DNA of 64,000 nt from Tubiluchus corallicola (taxonomy: Eukaryota > Animalia > Priapulida). The stretch lies in contig JAQGDQ010000478.1 in NCBI GenBank assembly GCA_030141605.1, positions 1 through 64,000 on the forward strand. The letters are read 5' to 3'. Shown piece after piece: positions 11,920-26,785 of this stretch. The notes beneath the pieces were generated by a model. The model was not told where the DNA came from and searched no databases. It saw only the letters and a program-made list of their open reading frames with translations. A program made the translations under genes and the position numbers. How positions within the stretch are numbered: the stretch's first letter is position 1; every line of letters starts with the position of its first letter.

Positions 11920-12684
11920 AATTTTCTCCATACACTAGTGCATGTATGTTAAATTCTGTTATTTTTATTTATTTGACAACTATTAAAATTACAAAAATGC
12001 GTACACATAATACTTATCCACACGTGTTTTTTTAAGTTTTTATGTTCCAAAGTGCTTCTGTACCGTCATAGGCTACGTTGGGGAAGAGGGTCTTTTTAAC
12101 AGGGCAAGATTTTGCCAAATCCTCTTCGTCTTATCACAACTAACTTTTGTTTAATGTATCACAAGTGAAACCGATAGGTATTTTGAGACAAGGGTGTTGA
12201 TACGGTTGTCAGGTAACTGCGATACACACCACCTTATAATTTTCTATAAAAGTCTGCGATGGGGCTCGGCCGCGGGAACATTATCACAGTAATGTAATGT
12301 AGTTTGGTGTTCAAGCAGCATCGCTTCAAAATTTTACGTATTCTATAAAAGTCCCGATTTCTTTCAGTTACCTTTATATCAAGGGCTGAGGGGCGCGTAG
12401 CATTTCTGTTATTCAAAAACTCGCGCTTATGAAGCAACATTTCTACGACCCACTGTTAGTCCTTATCCATTATTTACGGGTAGGAACCGCGCAATTATTT
12501 CAGTGCTGCTACACTCCACTTGCAAAGTACAGTTGCTTTTACAGTTCCCACCCCCCGCGGGATAGTGACTAGAGTTCAAAGGCACTAAGCATGCTGTATC
12601 TACTGACAGGAAACGTGCTACCCTTTTCAAAACAGGAATGAAGCACCAAACGCCCGCCTCTTTCCCCACCTCAGTAAAAGCAAT

Positions 12685-12742
12685 TTCATTGGTTAGAAAG
12701 TAGGCGCATAATAGCGGTTACTTTGGCGGGCGTATAAAAGAG
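12685..12742 (+). promoter_or_regulatory. Alpha-tubulin core promoter
   Basis: ATTGG, TTTGGCGGG (E2F-like) and TATAAAAG about 140 bp upstream of the ATG. Confidence 0.55.
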
Positions 12743-12872
12743 AATCCTGGAAAATACCGCTCGCACTTTGCACGAAGTTTTAGACGTAGCTCTAGAGAAA
12801 TTCGTGGCTAAGTAAATTATAGTTACTGTGTCTTAATTTTCAACATTCGTTTGACGATTCAAGCTTGGAAGT

Positions 12873-15567
<2,695 letters not shown>

Positions 15568-15636
15568 GATGATGATGATAAATCCATTGGAGATTAGCCC
15601 ACGTGTCTCTACTGCACTGTCTAATCATTGGCAGCC

Positions 15637-15865
15637 AAAAATTGTTGAATCACTTTGTGTTAAAATTGTTGAATCACTTTGTGTTAAAATTGTTGAATCA
15701 CTTTGGGTTAAAATTGTTGAATCACTTTGTGTTAAAATTGCTGAATCACTTTATGTTAAAATTGTTGAATCATTTTGGGTTAAAATTGTTGAATCACTTT
15801 GTGTTAAAATTGTTGAATCATTTTGTGTTAAAATTGTTGTTAAACTTGCTGAATCACTTTGTGTT
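15637..15865. repeat. 24-bp minisatellite (TTAAAATTGTTGAATCACTTTGTG)n in tubulin 3' UTR
   Basis: About 9 units before AATAAA near 15932. Confidence 0.93.
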
Positions 15866-16110
15866 CATTGATTTAAAGATTGCACTGTATTAACCCACAT
15901 AATTATAATTCTGTTTGGCGAGTTTAAAATCAATAAAAAGTAATGACAGTTTTGCAAAAAAAAGTTGCTTAGAATTTGTCACAACATTAAGAACACTCGT
16001 GCACCGTAGAAGAATAAAAAGTTACAAAATGAAGCAAACTTTTTTGGCAAAATGTCAATTGTGAGTCAAGAAAGAAAAAAACATCAAATTTCTTGAGTAC
16101 CTACTAAAAA

Positions 16111-16572
16111 TCAGTGGTGAGTTGTGTACAGGTACTGTGGAACAGCAGCACCCCCTATCAGTGGTGAGTTGTGTACAGGTACTGTGGAACAGCAGCACCC
16201 CCTGTCTTCACTCAAAATTATAGATAATATTTAATAAAATAATTTTTTTCTTCAGTTCTTTCTTTATACTCGTACAGAACCAGAGTACGTGAGGCTTCAC
16301 AGTGTGCTCCAGTAATACGGTGTGCATTCGGCCATGTGCACTTGTCTAAGATAAGATGCTACACAGCTAGCATCTGCTGCTAGGTAGAGAAAGTATTGTC
16401 ACTCACAAAGTGTGTTGTCAGTTTTCACGTGCTTACCATAAATAAATCAAGCTGAACTGCAGCAATTTAGGATATTAGTAAGCAAAAAATACTTTTTCGT
16501 TTAGGATTTTATGAAGTTTGTATATAAACTTTCGTATGTTTGTTTGCTTAAGATTATCACAACATTAAAATT
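16111..16572 (-). mobile_element. Copy of CAGTGGC-terminal MITE family
   Basis: Inverted similarity to 3285-3726, with a duplicated 48-bp end. Confidence 0.65.
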
Positions 16573-17092
16573 GCGAGAGAGACCACGTTTCTAAAAATTA
16601 TTACTTGCAATTTCCACGAATAACGACCAAAAATGGCGGAAAGAGCGCCGTGGGCTTTGTTAATATGAACAGCTCACAGCATTTATGGACACTTGGAAAC
16701 AGTCAATAGGCATCACACATTGCAAATCATAGATCACGCATTACGTGAACACGGATTCCTAACTTTGCTTGCCAATTTGACTAAAAAAGGTGTTCCATTC
16801 TGTAAAATTAAACAATGTTTGTCTGTGGTTTTAATGAAAAAAATTCTATTATTTGATTTCAGTTCAGTGGGCGGTAACATTTCTTGGCATAAACTGCTTT
16901 CCCTTTTATCACAGTGAAGCAGCATGCAGTCCAGCTACCTGACGGATGATCGACTCGTAGCTAATGGTTTCAAGATTGAAGTTAAAGAAGGTGCTTTACA
17001 TTTTTACTGCTTGTTAACCATAAATATTTATTTATTTCCACATTTTTGGTAATTAACAACTGTTTATAATAGCCAGTTTGTCTTATGATTAG

Positions 17093-17305
17093 ATTTTGGT
17101 ATCTAAACATATGTTTAAAGTGTTTGTTTTTGATATGTTTGGTATCTAAACATATATTTACTAAAGTGTTTGTTTTAGATGTGTTTGGTATCTAAACAAA
17201 TGTTGAAAGTGTTGTTTTTGATATGTTTGGTATCTAAACAAATGTGTAAAGTGTTGTTTTTGATATGTTTAAAGTTTTTTTTACGTGTTTGGTATCTAAA
17301 CATAT
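17093..17305. repeat. Degenerate ~42-bp repeat (TTTGGTATCTAAACA...)
   Basis: Five recurrences of the core. Confidence 0.75.
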
Positions 17306-18697
17306 TGTTTTACCTGAAACAATATGAAATCGATTCATATTGAGAATAAAGGTAACTTAATTTTAATTTTCATAGATTCTGAGTCTGGATCAGTTCAAGT
17401 ACAACTCCGCGGTTTTACTACCGCTGTGCCAGGATACGGAGTTTCTAGGTTACAAGATATATTATCCAAAATTAGACCTCCTACAGCAATTTGTAAAAAA
17501 TTTGTAGCACTGCTAATTAAAATGTGTAATATAATTATGAAGTAGATTAAGAAAATCAACTGTTAACATAAATTTATAGGGGAAGAAATTAAACTTGAGA
17601 GCAAAATAACTAAATAGGCTATGCAAGAAAGAAGCAATAAAATAAAATGAAAAATATGAAATGATGATTAACAAAATACGTAAAGCATTTAACGAACCGA
17701 TTAAAACATAAAACAAACTAGAAAGAAGTCAAACCAAATGAAAAAAAAATAAAACAAATAATAAATCAGTGAAGGAAACAAAATATGCATGACAAAATCA
17801 AAATGTATGTGAAACTGTTCATTTATGTGAAATAATGTATTTTGCTGGTGTTCCAGATTACCTGTATTTACTTTACTAATTTTTCACAGAATTGAGTCGT
17901 TGACTCTTCCATCCATGTCTTTCTTTCTGCAATTTTCATTTATTTATTTTTGTTCAATTATTTCAGTGCATTTTTTCTGCTTATACTTTCACTATAGGTG
18001 CCTTTGCTAGCTGATCCGAAAACTTATCATGCAAGTGTTTCCTTTAACTCGAGCAGCATGAACAGTTTGCCTTTCCATCTTCATTAAATTAAACTTGTTA
18101 TTGTTCTCGGTCAATATAATTTTCCCTTGTAGGACTGACTAGAGTTTTTTTACATAAAATGTGATTTTCACAACCATGTTAAAGTCAATTATTCTCAAAC
18201 AAGACATGCTTACAGTCCTTGTTTAATCTATAACAAAAATTAAAAATTTCAAAATGTGTAACCAAGTGGAAGACCTAAAAGTCTTATGCACTACAATAAA
18301 TGGAAAAAAATTAAGAGTCTGTGGGAACTGTGTGTCTGCTGCAGAAACATTAAGAAAAGCACGTCGTTTTGATCACTAAAATCTATAGTTTAAGCATTAC
18401 TGATTTGTAGCAAAGGTCGCTTAATTAAGTGATTCATAGCGCAAGTTAATACTTGAGTCACAGTTGAGTGTGATGTTCTGACCAAAGAGACAAGAACACT
18501 GATAAGCTTTTAACAAAGATTTCCGCTTGTACTTGTTGGCGCATGACATGGAGAAGTGGTATAGTACTGTGTAACTAGATCCATGGTTATATCTACCAAA
18601 GCTTGTGAATTACTGTCATACTAGGAGATAATTTCGTTTTTTAAGATTTGGTAGACAGTTTTCCTTAACTAGGAAAAAGGGTCGAGTGTACATTAAT

Positions 18698-21600
18698 ATG
18701 CAGAAGTGGCAATTGCACAGGTTAGCTAGAATTAAAAAAGTAGAAACATGGTCTATGGAAAAGACGTTCAGAGATGTACAGCTCGTCCTCGGGAAGGTAG
18801 TCGAGTTTCCTAATGAAAAAGAAGCAAAAGTTCGTGTAATTAAAAACGCATTTGATGAGTGGCTGAAAATGGTACGTTTATATGTAGACAAGGAGTAACA
18901 TCAGTTCATGAAGTTTTTCTCATTTTTGAATCTAGATAATGGACTAAAATTATCATCTGTTCGTGTCGATTATATGTATATCATAATCATAACGTATATT
19001 TTGTTGTAAATTATAGGGTAGTACTAATGTATAATTACTACATTATAACGGATAGGTTTTCATCCAGGCAGGTTTGAAACTATGGAATATTCTATAGAAC
19101 TATTACGTACTACGATTTCCGTAAATTATAGTAAATAATTATAATGATAATATAATGTGCCTGTAAGCGTCCTCTCATCCCCCCTCATTACCTACCCTCC
19201 CTGCACTGTGAAACTCGCCACTCTCATGCTGCTGCTTATGCTGCAAATGCTTTACTGAAAAGCAGTTAGATAAAGGGCAATATACAAGTGCAGAAAGTGT
19301 AACTTCTGTCTCAAGTGTATGAATACAGGTTTTCCCTGATCCTAACGTGATAGATGAAAGTTCATTTAAGATATAGTTTTTTCCTAATTCCCTCGGTGGC
19401 TTATTGTGCACAATAATTATACCAAATGCCAAACAATATTGTAATTCCCTCGGGGGCTTATTGTGCACAATAATCTATACCAAATGCCAAACAATATTGT
19501 AATTCCCTCGGTGGCATTTTGTGCACAATAATCTGCATCAAATGCCAAACAATATTGTAAGAGAGAAAGAGAGAGTGAAAGGGAGAGAGAGAGAGAGAGG
19601 GAGAGAAAGAGAGAAAAAGAGAGAGTGAAAGGGGAGAGAGAGAGAGAGAGAGTGAAAGGGAGAGAGAGAGAGCATCAACCATATGTATTTCAGTTGTGAC
19701 AAAGTGCACATAGCTAACTATCCATAGTGATAATCTCGTTTCAAAGTTAGGGTCTTGTGCTTTGACCCTCAAATTTTTTTTATGTCTCCTTCGTTGCAAA
19801 TTCCCGAATCCGTTCATGTCAATGTTTATTAACGTGAATGTAGATAGCTTTACAAAATTTTTCGGATAGCTTTGTCCTCCTAACATCCATTAGGGGCTCT
19901 GCCCTGGACCCTGTTGGGGACTTTCCTCTCAACAGCCCGATGAGTTTGGCAGCTTGGCGAGTTTAACAGATTTGGCAGCGTGACGTGTTTAACAGATTTG
20001 GCAGCGTGACGAGTTTTGCAGATTTGGCAGCGTGACGAGTTTAAGAGATTTGGCAGCGTGACGTGTTTAACAGATTTGGCAGCGTGACCAGTTTTGCAGA
20101 TTTGGCAGCGTGACGAGTTTAAGAGATTTGGCAGCGTAACGAGTTTAGCAGATTTGGCAGCGTGACGAGTTTAGCAGATTTGGCAGCGTGACGAGTTTAA
20201 CAGATTTGGCAGCGTAACGCGTTTGACAGATTTGGCAGCGTGACGAGTTTAACAGATTTGGCAGCGTAACGTGTTTGACAGATTTGGCAGCGTGGCGAGT
20301 TTAACAGATTTGGCAGCGTAACGCATTTAACAAATTTGGCAGCGTGACGAGTTTAACAGATTTGGCAGCGTAACGCGTTTGACAGATTTGGCAGCGTGAT
20401 GAGTTTAACAGATTTGGCAGCGTAACGCGTTTGACAGATTTGGCAGCGTGACGAGTTTAGCAGATTTGGCAGCGTAACGTGTTTGACAGATTTGGCAGCG
20501 TGATGAGTTTAGCAGATTTGGCAGCGTAACGTGTTTGACAGATTTGGCAGCGTGACGAGTTTGACAGATTTGGCAGCGTAACGTGTTTGACAGATTTGGC
20601 AGCGTGACGAGTTTGACAGATTTGGCAGCGTAACGTGTTTGACAGATTTGGCAGCGTGATGAGTTTAGCAGATTTGGCAGCGTAATGTGTTTGACAGATT
20701 TGGCAGCGTGACGAGTTTGACAGATTTGGGCTGGCAGAGGCCTACGGGTAGTGTGGGGGGAGTTGGCAGGCTGGCAGAGGCCTACGTGTAGTGTAGGGGG
20801 AGTTGGCAGGCTGGCAGAGGCCTACGTGTAGTGTGGGGGGAGTTGGCAGGCTGGCAGAGGCCTACGTGTAGTGTGGGGGGAGTTGGCAGGCTGGCAGAGG
20901 CCTACGTGTAGTGTAGGGGGAGTTGGCAGGCTGGCAGAGGCCTACGTGTAGTGTGGGGGGGGGGGAGCGGGAAATATACATATCTCCAAAAACTTGAGAA
21001 GGAAACATTCAGGACTGGCAACAAACAGTAATACCGTGAAAACTCTAGGTGAATGAAAATTTCAGTTTATTGGAAATTTGTGCTGAAGTTTCACATGAAT
21101 GTTACATCATTTTACGTAAATGTCTTGTATGTAGGCTGAAATACAAATTGTGACTGGCAAATAAATATGCTAAACTGCCATATCTCGCTGAGTAAAAAGT
21201 TCGTAAATTTTCTTTTCTAGTATTTTAAAAAGCGACAAGATTATCACGCTGCCGTTGAAGGTCATCAGTGTAAAATAGGTGACATGGTGCTAATCAGACA
21301 GTTACCGAGTCGTTTGACGGTAGACATCACACACGCCGTTGAAAAGGTTTGTCATTCTAATGAAAAAATAACACAGTTAGTGGCCCAGAAGTTGATTTTA
21401 ATGACTGATAGTTTACAAGTACAGTAAACTACGTGTTTCTCAATCAGTTATAATTCATATTCTTCAATATTTTGAGCAGGTTTTGTGGAACGGATGTTAC
21501 CTTTCATTTTTCCCTTTACCAAGCATCCCGTAATCCAGAATCTGTAACTTGAATTATCGCGTAACTAAAACCAAATTCCCGGTACAGCTTATAAGAATCT

Positions 21601-22283
21601 GACTAAAATTACCTCTCCTATCAAGTGAGAAATCTTATGCGAAAGTGTGCATGCATTACGATGTAACTGCCAGTTTCAGCAAAAATGCTAAGATTTCTTG
21701 TATTACCTTAGCAGAATGCTGAACACAACATGACTTAGCAAACGTGGTTTAATGTAGATCACAATATTATTATTTCTGAATTCTGTTAATCGTGCTACTC
21801 AGACTACAGTAGAGGTGGACCAGTCATTTTATTTTCGATTATTCATAAAAACTGTCTAATATTTGATTAAAGGCTCAGTATCTGTATTTATGCACTTTTA
21901 CTGTGAATGCGTGTTTGTCTATCTATGAGTCTATGTACTAGTCATATGATTAACCATGTATGTTTATGGAATACGTTTTTCTGGTCCCTAGTAGGTTGGC
22001 TATAATGAAGTTACACCTTATTAAGGTAATCGTAGCTTGATGTCACGTATTATAATTACTTTCACAGGTTGTGTATCGACTAGGTGAAGTTGTAGATCCA
22101 TTGACACTGAAGCCAGTTTCTGCAGTGCGTTATAAAGAGCATCTGGAGGAAATCCGTGCCATTACTCTCGGTGAAAAGAAGCCAGATGAAAATCTCGTAG
22201 CCAAAGCTGCAGCTGCTGAAGCAGAAGACGGCGACATTTTGAAAAATGTTAACATGACTGATAATAAAAAACCGCTAAGCTGA
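18698..22283 (+). CDS. MRPS17: Mitochondrial ribosomal protein S17 (uS17m); exons 18698-18871, 21221-21346, 22068-22283 (start codon tentative)
   Basis: LVLGKVV...AKVRV...WLKM|YFKKRQDY...CKIGDMVLIRQL...THAVEK|VVYRLGEVVDPLT matches the uS17m pattern; phase-0 GT-AG introns. Confidence 0.9.
19385..19672. repeat. 58-bp repeat x3 followed by (GA)n-rich microsatellite
   Basis: Visible directly. Confidence 0.85.
19943..20728. repeat. 26-bp minisatellite (AGATTTGGCAGCGTGACGAGTTTAAC)n
   Basis: About 30 units, distal half alternating two variants. Confidence 0.95.
20729..20965. repeat. 40-bp G-rich minisatellite (GGCTGGCAGAGGCCTACGTGTAGTGTGGGGGGAGTTGGCA)n
   Basis: About 6 units. Confidence 0.93.
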
Positions 22284-23414
22284 AACTGTTAAAGCATTCT
22301 CACATCAGTTCAAAATGGACTTGATTGGTGGCGCCATCTAGTCGGGTTAATTTTAAACTCGCAGCAGTTTGTTCGCATTATGCAAGTGGTAAACCATACG
22401 AAATGTGAATGAACACCTGTAATGGCAACTGAATGTATCTGTAAGAGGATCAGTCTAATAGTTTAGTGCACACTTTCATCCTTAAAAAATATTTGTATGC
22501 TTGCATAGCAGAATTATCCGTAAGTCGGCAATTAAACTTTTCTAGTTATTCATATATCCTGAATCTCCATTTCATGAGGATGATACCAAGTTCATCACTC
22601 TGTGTTATTTCTAAACTGAGATAATCCATGTTGAAGTTGAGGTGCAGGCTGCGCACTGAAAAACAACTTTGAGAAAATCACTGTTAAAGTCGGCCATTGT
22701 TTTTTTCGCATTTCTACAAAGCACTTAGCAACCGTACAAATGTTGGTTGCTACGGACTTTACAAGAGCACATTGAAGTTATGTTTAAAAGTAGTAAATGG
22801 CTCTTCCTGGCGAAGATTTGGCCTTGGCAACAGAAAAAACGTGAAGTAAAATGACAGCTTCCATGAGCTGCTATCAGAGTTTAAATAAGTTTTCCTCAAT
22901 TGCAGCACTAGTTTCTAGACAAAAAACTAGATTCATAAAATTTTAAAGTTAGATTTTTAGTATCTTTTAAACATTTTCTTGGCGATTTGATGCTAGAACA
23001 TTAAAGTCCAATATATTTAGCATTTGTTTTTATAAAAAAGCAAAAAAATGACATTTGACTAAATTTTTGGTGCATTCTACTTTGAACAATCGTAACGTAG
23101 CTTTAGCTGTGCCGACTTATGGACGGTTTTGGTTTGCAAGTACACATTTGTGAATTTTGGGGTTTTATAGTCAGAGCTTAATAGTAGGCAATTTTGCAAA
23201 CATTTAGATTTTATCAGTAACATATCCTCCCATCCCAGAATAAAGTACAACAACAACGGAAATAATAATTACGTACTGTCTTTATTCTTTCAAAAGAACC
23301 CGAATGGTACAAATTTGAAGCAGAACTTTTTAGGCAAATAATATGATTTTTTTTGTTCAATACAAGTTGAATCTGAAATATAAACAAACAATTGTGTTGA
23401 ATGTTAAAACAATT

Positions 23415-23875
23415 TATGACCATGTTTGCATGCATGGCTGACACACGTACGCATGACCATGTTTGCATGCATGGCTAACACACATATGCATGACCATGTG
23501 TGATTGCATGGCTGACACACATACGCATGACCATGTTTGCATGCATGGCTAACACACGTTCGCATGACCATGTTTGCTTGCATGGCTGACATGTGTACGC
23601 ATGACCATGTTTGCTTGCATGGCTGACACACGTTCGCATGACCATGTTTGCATGCATGGCTAACACACGTTTGCATGACCATGTTTGCTTGCATGGCTGA
23701 CACACATACGCATGACCATGTTTGCTTGCATGGCTGACACACGTTCGCATGACCACGTTTGCTTGCGTGACTGACATGGGTTTGCATGACCATGTTTGCT
23801 TGCATGGCTGACACACATACGCATGACCATGTTTGCTTGCATGGCTGACACACGTTCGCATGACTGACATGGGTA
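23415..23875. repeat. 37-bp minisatellite (GCATGACCATGTTTGCTTGCATGGCTGACACACGTTC)n
   Basis: About 12 units; explains the repetitive ORFs here. Confidence 0.93.
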
Positions 23876-25003
23876 CGCAATTTCCTTCCACACAGGTCTA
23901 TTTTAAAATTCTTTAAGTTACAACAACAAAACATTAGTATGTATAAAGTTTTTTTTAATCTCTGAAATCATTTGTACCAATTATAAATTTATTACAGAAC
24001 TATTTACAAGATATATTAAAAAGAAAACGTGATCGAGAACATTTATAGTAATTTTAAAAATTAGAACTTCTGAATACAAATATTTTAGTAAAATAAAATG
24101 ATAGATAATATGTACAAACAACTGCTTATACTTCGAAACAATATTCTGTTTACTACTGAGAGTGAATTTTTATGAAAATAGGGCCGAATAAAATAACAAC
24201 TACTGCTAACGTTTTTAAAAAAACATATTTGACGGTAATTACCTCAGAAAGATCGCAATTCTGAGAAAATACAACAGAAATGTAAAAACAAAATAGTGTT
24301 AAAATCATTTAAATTGGAATTCTTCAAACTCGTGTTATGAGAAACAGCAAATGTAACAATAGATAATGGATCTAACAAAGAAACGACAGAGCCATCTTCA
24401 GGTGAAAAAAAGAGTAAACTAGCCCATAGTAACATTTTTTAATTTGAACTTATAAAATTTCCCTGACATATCAGGGAACCATTGTAATGTGTTTACAAAA
24501 GCCAAATATATAATTTTTTTATATCATTTAAAAAACTTCATACAAAAAGTGCAGCTACCCAGTTCTTACATTTACATTGGAAACCATTTTGTTTTTTAAA
24601 CGTTGCAACTAGTTTAACATTGGTGTGACCAGTAACAACTAAAACTAATATGTGAACACAATTAAACACTTGATTTTAATTTTTATTATGTAAATAAAAT
24701 TTATTAATCTACTATTAGGTGAGTTCCTTCATTTATATGCAGTATATGCAGTGTTAGCAAAGCTACGAACAAATGTCCAACTTTTGAACTAACTGTGAAC
24801 AAATGTCCAACTTTTGAACTAACTGTAATTGTTTAGAACTCCTCAAGCGTGCATCCATGGTAATGTTATTTCCCCACCAGTTTAAAATCAATAAATTGTT
24901 CACCAATTACGTATATAAATGTTACAGCACAAAGGCACCTCTAAACTACCTGCCATATTATGGTTCAACACTATCTAGTGTCCAGCATGATACGGTATAT
25001 AAC

Positions 25004-26023
25004 CAGGGCTAGCTCTTGGTGGTTTGTTGCCCTAGGCAAATGTGCCCCCCCCCCACAGTCAGCCCAACCAAACTCCTAATATTGAGTTCATTATAATATA
25101 GTGTAACGGTACCTGTGTGTTAAGCTTATGCGTGTATGATAGTGTAAGGCTTAAGTGTAATTAATAACCTACCTACACAATGTGCTGATTGAATTTGAAA
25201 GTGAATTCTGCATTCTGTACGACTCGCCACAACGTACTGTAGATATGTAACCAGCAGTGTAGTGAACTCAGTATATATTAGCAGCTTGACCTTGACACAG
25301 GCAAACCTGCTGCTAGCAACCAAAGCCAAGGGGTTGAAAGCGCAATGTGTTTCTATTAATATACAGCAGGTCAATTACATTTTTTTGCTTACAAGTTTCT
25401 GAAATGGCTTGCAGTAAATGTGGACTATAAAATGCACCGGCATATTTTAAATGAAAAAGTATTGAAATGTCTTGCATTTCTGGTGGCTCACAATGCAAAC
25501 AATACAAGAGTATAAACAGAAATGAAACAGTTTGCTGAATTAGTTTAGCACTTACCAAATTTAGAATTGTTTGAAAAATCTAATATATACATATAATATA
25601 ACAATTAATGTAGTTTTTTTTATTAAAGCCTGCAAACGTTAATTCAATGTGTATGGAGATCGCATCGTGACGTTAATATCGCGATATGTACCGTATCGTG
25701 AGGTTAGTATCGCGATATGTACCGTATCGTGAGGTTAGTATTGCGATATGTACCGTATCGTGAGGTTAGTATCGCGACATGTACCGCATCGTGAGGTTAG
25801 TATCGCGATATGTATCGCATCGTGAGGTTAGTATCGCGATATGTACCGTATCGTGAGGTTAGTATCGCAATATGTACCATATCGTAACCTAGGTGTATCA
25901 CGATATGTACCGTATCCTAACCTAGGTGTATCCCTACCTATTAGTTATTATAAACATAAAAATTAAGGAAATTTTTGTAGAATTTGGAAGCTAGGCAACT
26001 GCTTAGTCGTAGAGCCAGCCCTG
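25004..26023. mobile_element. hAT-like MITE
   Basis: TIRs CAGGGCTAGCTCT / AGAGCCAGCCCTG; 8-bp TSD TATATAAC / TTTATAAC. Confidence 0.78.
25658..25930. repeat. 31-bp CpG-rich minisatellite (GTATCGCGATATGTACCGTATCGTGAGGTTA)n
   Basis: About 8 units nested in the MITE. Confidence 0.9.
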
Positions 26024-26207
26024 TTTATAACAAGTACTTTATTACAATGCAAGCAAATCTAAATTCAACTTTTCTACACCGCTGCTTAATCTAATTACAT
26101 GAATGTAATAATCCGCTCATCCTCATTGAATATCACAGACACGTTTTAATCGTGTGGCTTTTGCACACCAGAATAGCCGAACACCGGGCAAGTTACTGAG
26201 TAGGTGA

Positions 26208-26575
26208 GAGGGGTGAGCATTCTCCACCACAAAGCGGATTCGAATCGAACCGAATTTGTGACTTTCGAATTTAAATCGAACGGAACTTCAGTATTTTGAA
26301 TTCGAATTTTGCGCTTAAAAGATTTTTGAACAAGTTTTCAAACCACCAGTAGAAATTAGTCTTAGAAAGATCATGCATATTACTCGACTTTATTCTGCAG
26401 TAAAACCATTAGTAATTTGTTTGAAATTTTGCACCTAATCACAGCTAATTTATGCTAATCGCGTGATGTTTCAATCGTTTAAACGGTAAAGAACAGTATG
26501 TGATTGAAGTGCTGAATTATTCGAATCTATAATTTTAAGTTCGAATCAAACTCAAACATTCCATGCTCACCCCTA
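26208..26575. mobile_element. MITE with AGGGGTGAGCA termini
   Basis: AGGGGTGAGCAT / ATGCTCACCCCT inverted ends with subterminal TTCGAAT repeats. Confidence 0.65.
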
Positions 26576-26785
26576 GTGCAACCTATTCCCTATAATTTCT
26601 TCTAATTATTGTTAAACCTACGCGAGCGCTAGCTAACGACAAACAACTGAAAAACATCAAGCATCAGCAAGCGATTTGCTCCCAAAAAGCAGGCTAAACA
26701 ACCAATCACTGCATAATTTGTTTTAAAAACTTTTTCGAGACCATTTCTCAGACCTTCGAAGCAAAAACGAAATCAAAACTCTCGT

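Noticed and set aside
23404-23934. Cys/His-rich repetitive ORFs
   Set aside because: Translation of a 37-bp minisatellite cycling through frames
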